A stretch of 64,000 nt of DNA from Eledone cirrhosa. Lineage: Eukaryota. Positions 1-10,337 of the stretch are shown here, in pieces. The position numbers and the translations under genes are program-made. Location: contig OZ024741.1 of the NCBI GenBank assembly GCA_964016885.1, positions 346,828,001 through 346,892,000 of the forward strand. The letters run 5' to 3'. The notes under the pieces are model-generated. The model was not told the origin of the DNA. It did not search any database and saw nothing but the letters and a program-made list of their open reading frames with translations. The number at the start of each line of letters is the position of its first letter. Within the stretch, counting starts at the first letter, position 1.

Positions 1-967
1 CGATGCCTTTGCTAAGCGCCTCATCTAATTTTCGAACTAATTCTCCCTCTGCTCTATTTTTCTCTATTGCTAAAGTCTTACTAAACCTAATGAACTCTAT
101 TCTAATTGCTCTTTTCAGAGCAAACCACCACTTGTTGTTGACGATGGCCCCCGTCAACGCCCGCTTAACTAGTTCGCTAATCCGGTCTCTGTAGGCCTTG
201 CGCGCTGGTAAGGACGCGTTTAGCTTCCAGTAGCCGGGTCCTCGTCTATGAAGCCTATCTAAGTCAAGCACACAGATCACGAATTTGTGGTCCGTGTAGC
301 TGACTATCTTGAATTGTGGACAGCCTATGCTAGACCTATCTATTTCCCTACAAAATACTCTATCTAGATATGATCTGGATGACCCTATGCGATTTGTCCA
401 AGTCCACATTGGTACATTCGGGAAATCCATTCGGTATCTGTCAGACAGTTCAAAACGTCTGAGCAAGTTGGTGAGACTCTTGCACCCTCCTTCCCTATCC
501 ACTAATCCCACACAATCCCAGCGTGCATCAAAGATCCCGTTCCAGTCGCCCACTAACACTAAAGAGCGGGACGTTCCAAGAAAGGTCTCCAGACGCCGGA
601 AGAAATCAGGCCGCCCTGCTCCTGTCGGGGCATAGACGGCCACTAACCTGAAAGCTTGCCCGTCTCCGCTGGTCACGTCCAGCACCACCAACTTACCTTC
701 TGGGTCCAGGAAGATGGCCCGTATGGCAAGATCCAAACCTTTCCGAAAAAGCACAGCAACTCCTCCCCCCGATCCCGGACGGCTGGGAGATGCGTACACA
801 TCGTAGCCGCCGAAGATCGGTGCGAAAGCCTGTGCTTCGGAGATTCTGGTCTCGCTGATGGCCACTACATCTATGTTTAGTGACCTGAGGTCGTTGAGCA
901 GGTGGCCCTGCTTCCATGACGACCCCAAGCCACGCGCATTTATGCTGCCTATTCTGAGTGAGGTCAT
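1..967 (-). CDS. ORF2 N-terminus: apurinic-like (APE) endonuclease, open to window edge (absent from the ORF track)
   Basis: Manual translation from ATG at 967: MTSLRIGSINARGL..VAISETR..GGGVAVLF..VAVYAP..LVGDWNG..SRSYLDR..YTDHK..GYWKLN; no stop in 322 codons. Confidence 0.93.
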   Translation of the reverse strand, partial: MTSLRIGSINARGLGSSWKQGHLLNDLRSLNIDVVAISETRISEAQAFAPIFGGYDVYASPSRPGSGGGVAVLFRKGLDLAIRAIFLDPEGKLVVLDVTSGDGQAFRLVAVYAPTGAGRPDFFRRLETFLGTSRSLVLVGDWNGIFDARWDCVGLVDREGGCKSLTNLLRRFELSDRYRMDFPNVPMWTWTNRIGSSRSYLDRVFCREIDRSSIGCPQFKIVSYTDHKFVICVLDLDRLHRRGPGYWKLNASLPARKAYRDRISELVKRALTGAIVNNKWWFALKRAIRIEFIRFSKTLAIEKNRAEGELVRKLDEALSKGI

Positions 968-1001
968 GTTGAAAAGGAGTGAAAAAGATGGGAAAGACCA
1001 C

Positions 1002-2993
1002 TTACCTTACTTCTCGTAGGGGAAGGACGGCTTTTCCATCCTTTTCACTGCTTGTGGCCTCCTCAGGAAGGATGTCCTTATAAATCCTCCTGGAGAGTGC
1101 TTGTCGGAAGTCTCCGATGTCTTTGGGGAATTTTTGTTTTAGTGTCATGTACGTTTTCTGTGTGATGCGAGTGATTTGTATGTGTGGAGGTGGTGTGAAT
1201 TTTGGGGTTGTTGTGTAGTCTTTTTCTGTGATGCTGGTGTTGTGTTGGATGTAGTGTAATGATTGCTTGTTGTTCAAATTTAATGCTGTGTAGTGTGTAT
1301 CGTTTTGGTTATTTTGTTTTGTTTGCGTTTGTTGTGGGTTTGTTTCTGTTTCGAATTTTGGTGACTTTTGTGGTGTAGGTGATGGTGGTGTTGGAGTTAA
1401 TGATGGTGATGGTGTTGGTGTTTGGGTTGATGGGGTTGGTGATGCTGGTGTGGATGGTGGCATATCTGTCCTAACTTTTTTGTTTCTTAGTTTATTTGTT
1501 TCCCTCTGTATTTTGTTTTTGGAGGGGGAAGGAAGAGAATTTTTTCTTTTTTGGTTTCTTTTTTTTTTTCCGGATATCGTTTCCCACTCCTCGTCGTCAC
1601 AATCTGTCTCCAGTTGTGATAGGCCGGGGAGTAGAAAATCCTCCACAGCCGTTAGTTTTGGTTGTGGTGTGGTGGATGGTGTAGGCGCTGGTGCTAGTTC
1701 TGAAGCGTTGGGTGGTGGTGGTGTTGGTTTTGCTGGTGGTGGTAGTGGTGTTGGTTTTGCTACTGTTGCTGGGGTTGTTGCTGTTATAGTTGCTTCTGTT
1801 GTTGCTGCTACAGTTGTTGCTGCCATTTCTGCTACTGGTGGTGTTGATGGTTGTGTCACTGGGGTGGGTAGGAGAGGTGGCCTCAACCTTTTAGCCTGAG
1901 GGCAGAAAGCCCTTAGGTGGGTTCCTTCACCAAAAACGACACACCTAGGTCTTCTGCCCTCGACAATTACCGTGAGGTGGCTGCCGTCAGTGAGGTCTAT
2001 TACCTCTGGGATCTCCTCAATGCTTTTTTGGTCCGCTTGGATCAGGAGCTCCATCCCAGATCCGGACCAGTTTTCCTGCTTTTCTTTTGCTACTGCTATT
2101 ATTTTCGTGTTGGCTTCGATGCCGGCGAGGACAGCCGCTATTAGCCAGGGAATTTCGATGGCCGGTGGAACGTGGGTCACCCTGATCTTTACGAGTCTCT
2201 GGCCACAATAGCTTGGGACGAGTGTGAGGTCGTCACTTTTTAATGGGGCCATGGAGTGTTCTCTAGCCTCTTCTGGTGTTTCAAAGAACACATCCACGGT
2301 TCCATACTTTTGCCCACGTCTGATGTGGGTTTTTCTTGCCCACACATGTCCCAAAGCTTTTTGGATTTGGGACTCGGATGCCCGTTCCACTCGGCGCGAT
2401 TTTACATTTATTGTTCTATACGACACGGTGCACAGGCGCCGATGCTCCATTTTATTAGGTGGGGGGGGGGGGCTGAGGCTGACCCTGTACCCATCTTTCT
2501 TTACCATTTGTTTGGCATTTTCTAAATCTTCGTGAGTTACCGTGAACGCTTCGAATTATTTTGCTACGATGGCGAAACTGAGGGTCGGTTTTATAATGTC
2601 ATTGTTGTTGTTGTTGCTATCGTTAATATTAATTTTATTTTCAGTTGTGGTGGTGGTGACGTCAGTCGTCTTTGGTGGGGAAGTGTCCATTTTGCTTGAT
2701 TTCATTTCGACGTCACGAGTTAATTTATTTTTTTCTTCTTTTGTTTCTGTTGTCGCGGTGGTGGTGGTGGTGGTGGTTGTCGCGGTGGTGGTGGTGGTGG
2801 AGGGTTTAACACCTGCAGTCATTGGTAATGGCGGGAAATGAATGTCTGCCTGAGACAAATTTAAAATATTGCTACTGCTTATATTTTTTTTTGTGTTGGC
2901 AAACGTAGTAACATTTACAATGGTGGTGTCGGTGTGAGGTGTTATTTTGTGAGGAAGGCTTTCAGCTGCTTCGTGCAGAGGGGAATTAGCCAT
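1002..2993 (-). pseudogene. Tx1-like ORF1 (nucleic-acid binding protein) with one in-frame TAA at 2556-2558
   Basis: ORFs 2556..2993 and 1002..2507 share a frame, separated by one stop plus 16 open codons; CVVFGEGTHLRAFC aligns with CFRCGSTEHLKAAC of the 33.8 kb copy; Pro/Thr-rich C-terminus. Confidence 0.85.
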
Positions 2994-3202
2994 TTTTTTT
3001 CAAAGAAATTTTTGGATAATAATAAAAGTTAAAATTTTGGGCACAAGGCCCCAATCCTTTTGGGTTTCCTTTTCGGAAAACAATGTATGTGTGCTTATAA
3101 ACAGTTTACAATAAAATTTTCCATAAATGGCAATTTTTAAACAAACGGAAATAACAAACCTTTGCAGAGCTCACGATAATACGATTTCCTACGTAGGTCG
3201 CC

Positions 3203-3297
<95 letters not shown>
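3203..3297 (+). repeat. (AAT)n microsatellite between the Tx1 5' end and the Dong element
   Basis: Pure AAT run. Confidence 0.99.
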
Positions 3298-6200
3298 GGG
3301 AAGAAGACGCACGAGGTGACGGAGGTCATGAAATCGCTCCCGTAAGTTTTGAATTTTTAACATATTTAAATCATTTGTGAAATAACAACTCTTAGTACAA
3401 ATGCTACGTAAAGCACCCGGCTTGAGCCCCAAAAAATTCGGACCCAAAATATATTGGTATAAGGCTCAAATATTCAAATATTCAACTTTGTATTGTACAC
3501 TGTATATCCCCCCCCAAAAATGGCTATAAATGGAAGAAGAAGAACCCCCCCCCCTCCTCTCCTCTGGCTACACTATATAGGACAGCTAAACTCACCAACA
3601 CCAGAAGCTAGATACACCACCCACCCCATCATCTGTGTACACTAAACACAACAGCATTTTCACCTTCACCGCCACCGCTCACTACGGCCATCATTACCAC
3701 CACTATCCCATCACCGCCGCCACCACCCCTTGACTCCTTCACTGCTGCTGCCACCGCTACAGCACCATCACTACAGTAATACGGTCGCATCACCGCCACC
3801 ACTGCCTCGGTATCGACATCACCACCACCACTGTCTCAGTATCGCCAGCGCCGCCAGCCTCCCACTTCTCCCTGCTGGCTGCTACTACTTCCACATTATA
3901 GAATCCCTACTACTAACAAAGAGGAAGGCATCAAAATATATAGATAGACTCAAAAGAAAAAAGAAAAAACAAACAACAAAACCAAAGCAGCACAGCAACA
4001 ACAGCAAAAAACGAGAAAAACAAACAGAGAAAAACAAAAACAAAAAAAGAAACCCCAAAAACGTAAAGAAAATAAGAATGAAGAGAGAAGCAGGCGGACG
4101 GACAGAGAAGAAGGGGGGAAAAGTAAAACTTAAAAAACAAAAACTAAGTCAGACATTCGAATACTACATTACAATGAAACTTATGCTTATTCATTTTTGG
4201 GGCCCTTTCTGCCCGTGTGTTTGTTTGTTTATGTGTGTTCGTATACAGCGTGGTGATAATGCCACACAAGGGCCAAGTGGGATGGCGGATCCACAGATGG
4301 CTATGTAAACATACATTCGCCAATCCTCGATAAGAGTGTTTAAATATCGAACATAAACAGTTCGAATAACGGTGAAATGGAGACTAGAACGTCATGTGAC
4401 AGACTCTCACCCAACAGGTGCCCCCTGGCTCAGCAGCAGGAACCTGACTGTCAACCAAATACTGCTGATGTTGGAGGAAGAGGAAGAAGAAGAAGGAAAG
4501 GGGCCAGAACCAACTGGACGAAAGAATTGAATAGAACTGTTATGCAATGCTACCTGAAAAGTAACCCCAAGGAGAGGGGCTACAGGAGACGGATGCATAA
4601 CATCTGGAACGAGATTGGTTTATTTAAATTAGATGAACAAAAATTGGCCGGGCAGGCTCGGGTAATAAGAACTAATGGGTGGATAAGCGAGCTGGAACTG
4701 GAGGAACTGAGCAGAGAGAATGGCTTGGAGATGGCGGGTGTAGTATGCCAGACAAGCGAGCCGGTGGGAAATGAAGGTGAGGAGGTCCTGAGAACGGAGG
4801 AACCACCCGAAGCAGACAATGATCTGAATACTGAGATAAATAATACCTGGAACAGAGATACGGCCACTGAGGAGATGAATGCTGACGGGCTAGGACAAGA
4901 TTCGGTTGACATCCTAAATCTAGTGGTAGATGAATTGAACAATGATAGTGGGAGACCTATGAACCTAAGATTTGTAGACAGGAAAAAGTTAAAAGAAACA
5001 ACAGCTAAGGTAAACAAAGTCATCCCATACCTTGAGGCGAGGAGTCTTCACCAGTGCAACAATATCCTCAAAGCAACAGCAAATACGGTGAGGAAACTAC
5101 TTGGTATAAAAGCGAGAGGAAACAACAGACAAGAAAGAGCAGAGCCGTGGTGGAAGAAGCGACTGAGTGGGCAAATCGGGGAAATGAGAAATGACATAGG
5201 AAAGCTTGAGTCACTACTGAATGGGACACTAAAAAACATAGGCACTAAAAATAGACTGGAAATAAAATACAAAACTAGGAGTAAAAAGCTAAATATTATC
5301 ATAGAGGAATTGAAGCAACGCATTGTAGCAAAGAGTGCCAAAATCAGGCGATACGAGAACAGAGTCAGTCAGTATAAACAGAACCGCATGTTCGACAACA
5401 ACCAGAAGATGCTGTTTGGACAGCTTGAGGGGAAAGAAAGAGGCAACGACTTGATCCCTGGGGCGGAACAAGCTAAAACATTCTGGAGAGGAATATGGGA
5501 GCAGGATGTTAGACACAATGCCCAGGCAGGGTGGATTGAGACAGTACAGAGGGAGATCGGTGAGAAGGCACAACAACAGACTGATTTGAGTATCACAGTT
5601 GAAACTCTTAAGGGGCAAGCCAAAAAACTAACCAACTGGAAATCACCAGGCCCAGATGGTGTGCAGGGGTATTGGATTAAACATTTAACATCCCTCCACC
5701 CGAAGCTGACGGCCATGTTCAATGACTGCTTGGTGTCGGGTGAGGTGCCAGAGTGGTTGACAAAAGGTACCACAGTTCTGATAATGAAAGACCGAATCAA
5801 GGGTAATGATGTTACCAACTATAGACCTATCACATGTCTGCCCGTAATGTGGAAACTGTTGACGAGCATTGTGTCTGAGGAAATCTACCATCACCTCCAC
5901 ACAAACAACTTGTTACCGGACGAACAGAAAGGATGCCGAAAGAAGTCACGTGGTACAAAGGACCAGTTGCTTATTGATAAGATGGTAATGGGGAATTGCA
6001 GGAGGAGACACACTGATCTTGCCATGGGATGGATAGACTACAGAAAGGCATTTGACATGGTGCCTCATTCCTGGATCACCAAAAGCCTGGAGGTCTTCAG
6101 GGTGGCAGATAACATCAGACAGTTGCTGGGCAGGAGTATGGGGTCCTGGGAGACAGAGTTGACATCAACTGGAGTATCCTTGGGAAGCGTGAAGATCAAG

Positions 6201-7850
6201 AGAGGTATCTTCCAGGGAGATAGCCTGTCCCCTCTGTTGTTTGTCCTTGCCCTGATGCCCTTGACCATTATGCTGCGAAAAGTGAGAGCAGGATACAAGT
6301 TGGGAAGGGGAGAGCTTACCATCAATCACCTCCTCTTCATGGACGATCTTAAGCTCTTCGGGAAAAGTGAGAAGGAGTTGGATGTGCTTGTTGACACTGT
6401 CCGTATTTTCAGCAGTGATATATGTATGCAGTTTGGTATTGGTAAATGTGGAGTCATTGTGATGAAGAGGGGTAGGTTGAGCAGAAGTAACGGGATCCAG
6501 ATACCAACAGGTGAGATGATAAAGGAAATTGACTCTGAGGAAGGATACAAGTATTTGGGCGTTCTGGAGGCTGATGGCATAAAGAACAAAAAAATGAAGG
6601 AATTGTTAAGAACTGAATACATTCGGAGAGTAAGGAGCGTATTGAAGTCACATCTGAACAGCAGAAATGCCATAAGCGCAGTAAATTCCCGAGCTGTGTC
6701 TATTATTAGGTACAGTGCGGGAATTCTGAGATGGAATGTTGCTGAACAAAAAGAAATGGATAGGAAGACTAGGAAGCTATTGACTATCTACAACATGTTC
6801 CACAAGAGGAGTGATGTCGATAGACTCTACCTAAGGAGATCTGAGGGTGGAAGAGGTCTTATCAGCATAGAGGACTGTGTTCAGATGGAGAAAAACAACC
6901 TATACAAATACGTGACCTATAGTAAGGAGCCAATGCTCAGAACTGTACTGAAGGAGGGGACAGTAGGCCAGGGGATGTCCAAGGAGGAAATAACATCAAG
7001 GAGGAAGAGCAGCCTTAAGGGAAAATCCCTTCATAGTACCTTCTTTGAGAAAACTGAATTTAGAGATCCACAGACATGGAACTGGTTGAGAAGAGGAGAC
7101 CTCAAAAAGGCTACAGAAGGAATGCTAATGGCTGCGCAGGAGCAGGCCCTCAAAACGAAGTGGTTGAAGCACCATATCTACAAGGAGGAGGCTAGCCCAC
7201 TGTGCAGGATCTGTGGAGAGAGAGAGGAGACTGTGGCTCACATTGTGTCCGAGTGTAAACACCTAGCCCAGACCCACTATAAGGGCTGGAGACACGATGT
7301 GATGGGCAGGGTGATCCACTGGCACCTGTGCAAAGTAAACAATCTACCACATTCTGAGAAATGGTATGAGCATAGGCCAGAGGCGGTGATGGAGAACAGT
7401 CAGGTGAAGGTGCTGTGGGATTTTAGGATACAGACGGACAAAAAACTGGAACACAATAGACCTGACCTGGTGGTTATGGACAAAGAAAAAAGATCGTGCC
7501 TGATTGTGGATGTGGCCTGCCCGTTCGACACGAGAGTGCAAGAGAAGGAGAGGGAGAAAATTAACCGATACCAGGACCTAAAGTGGGAGGTGAAAAGGAT
7601 TTGGAACTGCCATGAAGTCAAAGTGATCCCGATTGTCATAGGCGCACTGGGGACTATCTCCAAAGGTTTCCAGGGATGGTTAAAGAAAATCGGCCCCTTC
7701 ACGCTTTTTGGAACGCTTCAAAAAGCATGCTTGCTTGGAACAGCAAGAACCCTCCGATACGTCCTGAATATCTGAGGCTGCAGGTAGTGGCTTGATATTC
7801 AATCCAACGGACTTTCCAGTTAACCAACATCAATGACTGAGATTCAAGGA
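3298..7850 (+). mobile_element. Full-length Dong/R4-clade RLE non-LTR retrotransposon (family A); 5' boundary tentative
   Basis: Single RT-RLE ORF, short 3'UTR, (AAT)n on both sides; 3298-4376 assigned as 5'UTR only by position. Confidence 0.85.
4377..7775 (+). CDS. Intact 1132-aa reverse transcriptase + CCHC knuckle + restriction-like endonuclease
   Basis: KSPGPDG, YRPITCL, IDYRKAFD, RGIFQGDSLSPLLF, FMDD, YKYLG, CRICGEREETVAHIVSEC, RHD, NRPDLVV..IVDVACP; R4/Dong-like N-terminus NWTKELN..MQCY..GYRRRM. Confidence 0.95.
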   Translation: METRTSCDRLSPNRCPLAQQQEPDCQPNTADVGGRGRRRRKGARTNWTKELNRTVMQCYLKSNPKERGYRRRMHNIWNEIGLFKLDEQKLAGQARVIRTNGWISELELEELSRENGLEMAGVVCQTSEPVGNEGEEVLRTEEPPEADNDLNTEINNTWNRDTATEEMNADGLGQDSVDILNLVVDELNNDSGRPMNLRFVDRKKLKETTAKVNKVIPYLEARSLHQCNNILKATANTVRKLLGIKARGNNRQERAEPWWKKRLSGQIGEMRNDIGKLESLLNGTLKNIGTKNRLEIKYKTRSKKLNIIIEELKQRIVAKSAKIRRYENRVSQYKQNRMFDNNQKMLFGQLEGKERGNDLIPGAEQAKTFWRGIWEQDVRHNAQAGWIETVQREIGEKAQQQTDLSITVETLKGQAKKLTNWKSPGPDGVQGYWIKHLTSLHPKLTAMFNDCLVSGEVPEWLTKGTTVLIMKDRIKGNDVTNYRPITCLPVMWKLLTSIVSEEIYHHLHTNNLLPDEQKGCRKKSRGTKDQLLIDKMVMGNCRRRHTDLAMGWIDYRKAFDMVPHSWITKSLEVFRVADNIRQLLGRSMGSWETELTSTGVSLGSVKIKRGIFQGDSLSPLLFVLALMPLTIMLRKVRAGYKLGRGELTINHLLFMDDLKLFGKSEKELDVLVDTVRIFSSDICMQFGIGKCGVIVMKRGRLSRSNGIQIPTGEMIKEIDSEEGYKYLGVLEADGIKNKKMKELLRTEYIRRVRSVLKSHLNSRNAISAVNSRAVSIIRYSAGILRWNVAEQKEMDRKTRKLLTIYNMFHKRSDVDRLYLRRSEGGRGLISIEDCVQMEKNNLYKYVTYSKEPMLRTVLKEGTVGQGMSKEEITSRRKSSLKGKSLHSTFFEKTEFRDPQTWNWLRRGDLKKATEGMLMAAQEQALKTKWLKHHIYKEEASPLCRICGEREETVAHIVSECKHLAQTHYKGWRHDVMGRVIHWHLCKVNNLPHSEKWYEHRPEAVMENSQVKVLWDFRIQTDKKLEHNRPDLVVMDKEKRSCLIVDVACPFDTRVQEKEREKINRYQDLKWEVKRIWNCHEVKVIPIVIGALGTISKGFQGWLKKIGPFTLFGTLQKACLLGTARTLRYVLNI

Positions 7851-7861
7851 ATAACAATAAC

Positions 7862-7912
<51 letters not shown>
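7850..7912 (+). repeat. (AAT)n tail/target repeat
   Basis: AAT run with two AAC variants. Confidence 0.98.
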
Positions 7913-7913
<1 letters not shown>

Positions 7914-8092
7914 GGAACTGCCCATATACTAAGGAAGATCCTGTCAATATAAGTACATCACAAGTCTAAACACTAAGGATGCATGTGTGAATATGTGTGT
8001 TCTTTCTTGAACATGGCGGACCTTGTTGTCTCTTGAGGTCACTGGTTGTGACTTGGTGATAACTCGTATAAACATAAAGCAAGATAAATGCA
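7910..8092 (+). mobile_element. Very short 5'-truncated copy of Dong family B (3' end only)
   Basis: Closely matches 12888-13072 (MGTAHILRKILSI* plus 3'UTR); followed by (AAT)n 8093-8128. Confidence 0.92.
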
Positions 8093-8128
<36 letters not shown>

Positions 8129-8129
<1 letters not shown>

Positions 8130-10337
8130 CTTTCTTTATTAACCACAAGGGTTTACACAAAGTAGACATTAAGGACAGTACAGGACAATACAGGACGGTA
8201 CAAATGGGCATTTCTGAGTGTAAAAAACAAAAATCAGAGGATGTAATAATAAAAACATGTGAAAAATTCCCCAATAGGGGGGAGACTTCTGAGGTACATT
8301 CGTGGAGAAAGCCCATTAAAAAAAGCCACGGTGACCCTGACCACCAGGGCAATTGTCCTCTCCCAGTTTTCCACCTTCAGTTTACAGGCATATACTCAGA
8401 GTAGGTCGACTCACTCGGGCCATTCTTGCCTCTCTCACCCATCTTTCAACAAAAGGCTAGGAAGAGAGCACCTCCCTCTGATTTTCCTTTTCAAATCAAA
8501 TTGGAAAAAAGTTAATCAAGGCATCACCGAAGAGGTAAGTGCTCATCTTCAGACCTTTCAGACGTGTCCACTATACTATCTCTTTCGCCATGGCTACCAG
8601 ACAGATAAAAACTGCCTGCCCTTCCCGGCTAAAGGAAGAGGGCGGGGCAATCCTCACGATGGACTCAGCTGATAGCTGGATCCGTCCTACACGTAACAGC
8701 AGGTGTTCGACAAAAACCCACAGGTCAGCAATGCTCGGACACTGGACAAGTGCTGGCAGGACGGTTTCGTCGCCCTGCGCGCATCTCGAGCATGCCCGGT
8801 TACGGCATCTCTATGCCTGTAGAATTTATCCCGAACTGGCAAAGCTCCTCGGTAGCACTGCCAGGCCAGGGATTTCTGGAAGTTGTCCATAGGCCCCGGC
8901 CCGAAAGTTCTTCCGAAGAGATTGGCTAATTGATTTTCGTCGACGCCTAGAGTTTCCCCAAGTACGTCGTCGCTCTTCCCCTCCACTAATCCTCTATAGA
9001 ACGCCAAAGTGGAGTTTCCACCGATCGCATTGCACGATTGGCCGAGGGCTGTGAGTGCCTGAAGACATCCAGTCTCCAAGCGCTCCGTCTTGTTCATCGT
9101 TTGACCCAGGACTGCAGCTCCGTCAAAGAGATGAACTGGGGAAAGACGCGTCTAGCAAACGGCGACCACACCGTCGAAGAAGAGGTGGAGATTTCGTAGC
9201 CTGAACGCGTGTCTGCGCAACATTAACCACGCCATGCTCAGCCCTCTACGTAGCGGGTGTTGATAGCAGATGGACCGCCTGAATATCGGAGCGCGTCCCT
9301 TCCACAAAAAGCGAAAGAGCAATCGATCCAGCGCAGTCAGGCGAGGATAAGGACAAGGCACGACGGTCAGGTGGTAGTAGATGACGGACGCGATGTACGC
9401 GTTAGCCACCGCCGCTCGACCCTTCAGGGATAGCTTCCTCTCCGCCCATTTCAGGGTGAGAGAAGCCACCCTACTCGTCACCTCGTCCCATGTTTTGTCC
9501 GTCTGCAGGTCCGGACCGAACCAGACCCCTAACAATTTAACTGCTCCGTCGGTCCAGCGCCCGATGACGCAGTTGGACGGCATGGACTTTCCTCTCCAGG
9601 TGCCGAGCTGCAGGCCCACCGACTTTTCCTGGTTGATCATTGCTCCTGTCACCGCTTCGTATTCTCTTAGTGTAGTGCCGATCGCCTCCATGTTTTTGGC
9701 GTTCGATACCACTACGGTACCATCGTCCGCATATGCTGACACGGATATTCCGCATCCCAGTTCGCGCGGGACCCCTCTCAACGTCTCCAATTTGTGCAGT
9801 AATGGCTCGAGAGTCAATACGTACAAGAGGGACGAGAGGGGACATCCTTGGCGGACCGAGCACATGATGTTAAATGTTTCCGAAAGGTGACCGTTCACTC
9901 TCACCACAGAGCAGATGTCGTTGTGCATGGCAGCGATCCAACATCTGAAGACGGGCCCAAAGCCAGCCGCCCTGAGGACTGCCGCCAGATAACGATGGTC
10001 GACCCTATCAAAAGCTTTCGACTGATCTAAATTGATCAAAGTCCCTCCCGTGCCAGGTTCCCTAGCTACCCTCTCCAACATGTATCGCATGATGTGGAGG
10101 TTGTCGTGGATGGATCTGTCGGGAATAGTGCATTTCTGCTACTCTCCTACCAGACAACCAACGACAAGCGCCAACCGATTTGCTAGCACCTTACCCACAA
10201 TCTTGAACTCTGTGTTTAGAAGAGTTATGTGCCTGAAATGTTCTATGTTATTCCCCTTGTTGGGATCCTTTTTCAGCAGCGCCACCGCTCCTCGGCTCAC
10301 AGAGCTGGGAATTCTCCCGTTCTGTTGCCAGTTGCAG
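8129..10337 (-). mobile_element. 5'-truncated, disrupted Tx1-like LINE (RT to 3'UTR)
   Basis: LDQSKAFDRVDH, VRQGCPLS, AYADD in ORF 9152..10090; 3' end CCTTGTGGTTAATAAAGAAAGC then (ATT)n. Confidence 0.92.

Larger units (their letters stand above)
1..3202 (-). mobile_element. Tx1-like (L1 group) non-LTR retrotransposon, 5' part; runs off the window's left edge
   Basis: 5'UTR, ORF1 with degenerate zinc knuckle and ORF2 with APE endonuclease; 5' end abuts (ATT)n; homologous to the element at 32633-38346. Confidence 0.9.

Noticed and set aside
3106-3447. Poly-Leu ORFs (also 7699..7947, 7966..8352)
   Set aside because: Read-through of (TTA)n
3730-4308. 192-aa ORF upstream of the Dong ORF
   Set aside because: Non-ATG start, low-complexity sequence, no domain motif
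4197-4320. HDV-like ribozyme
   Set aside because: No P3/L3 or P1.1 consensus next to the GGCCCTT/AAGGGCC helix
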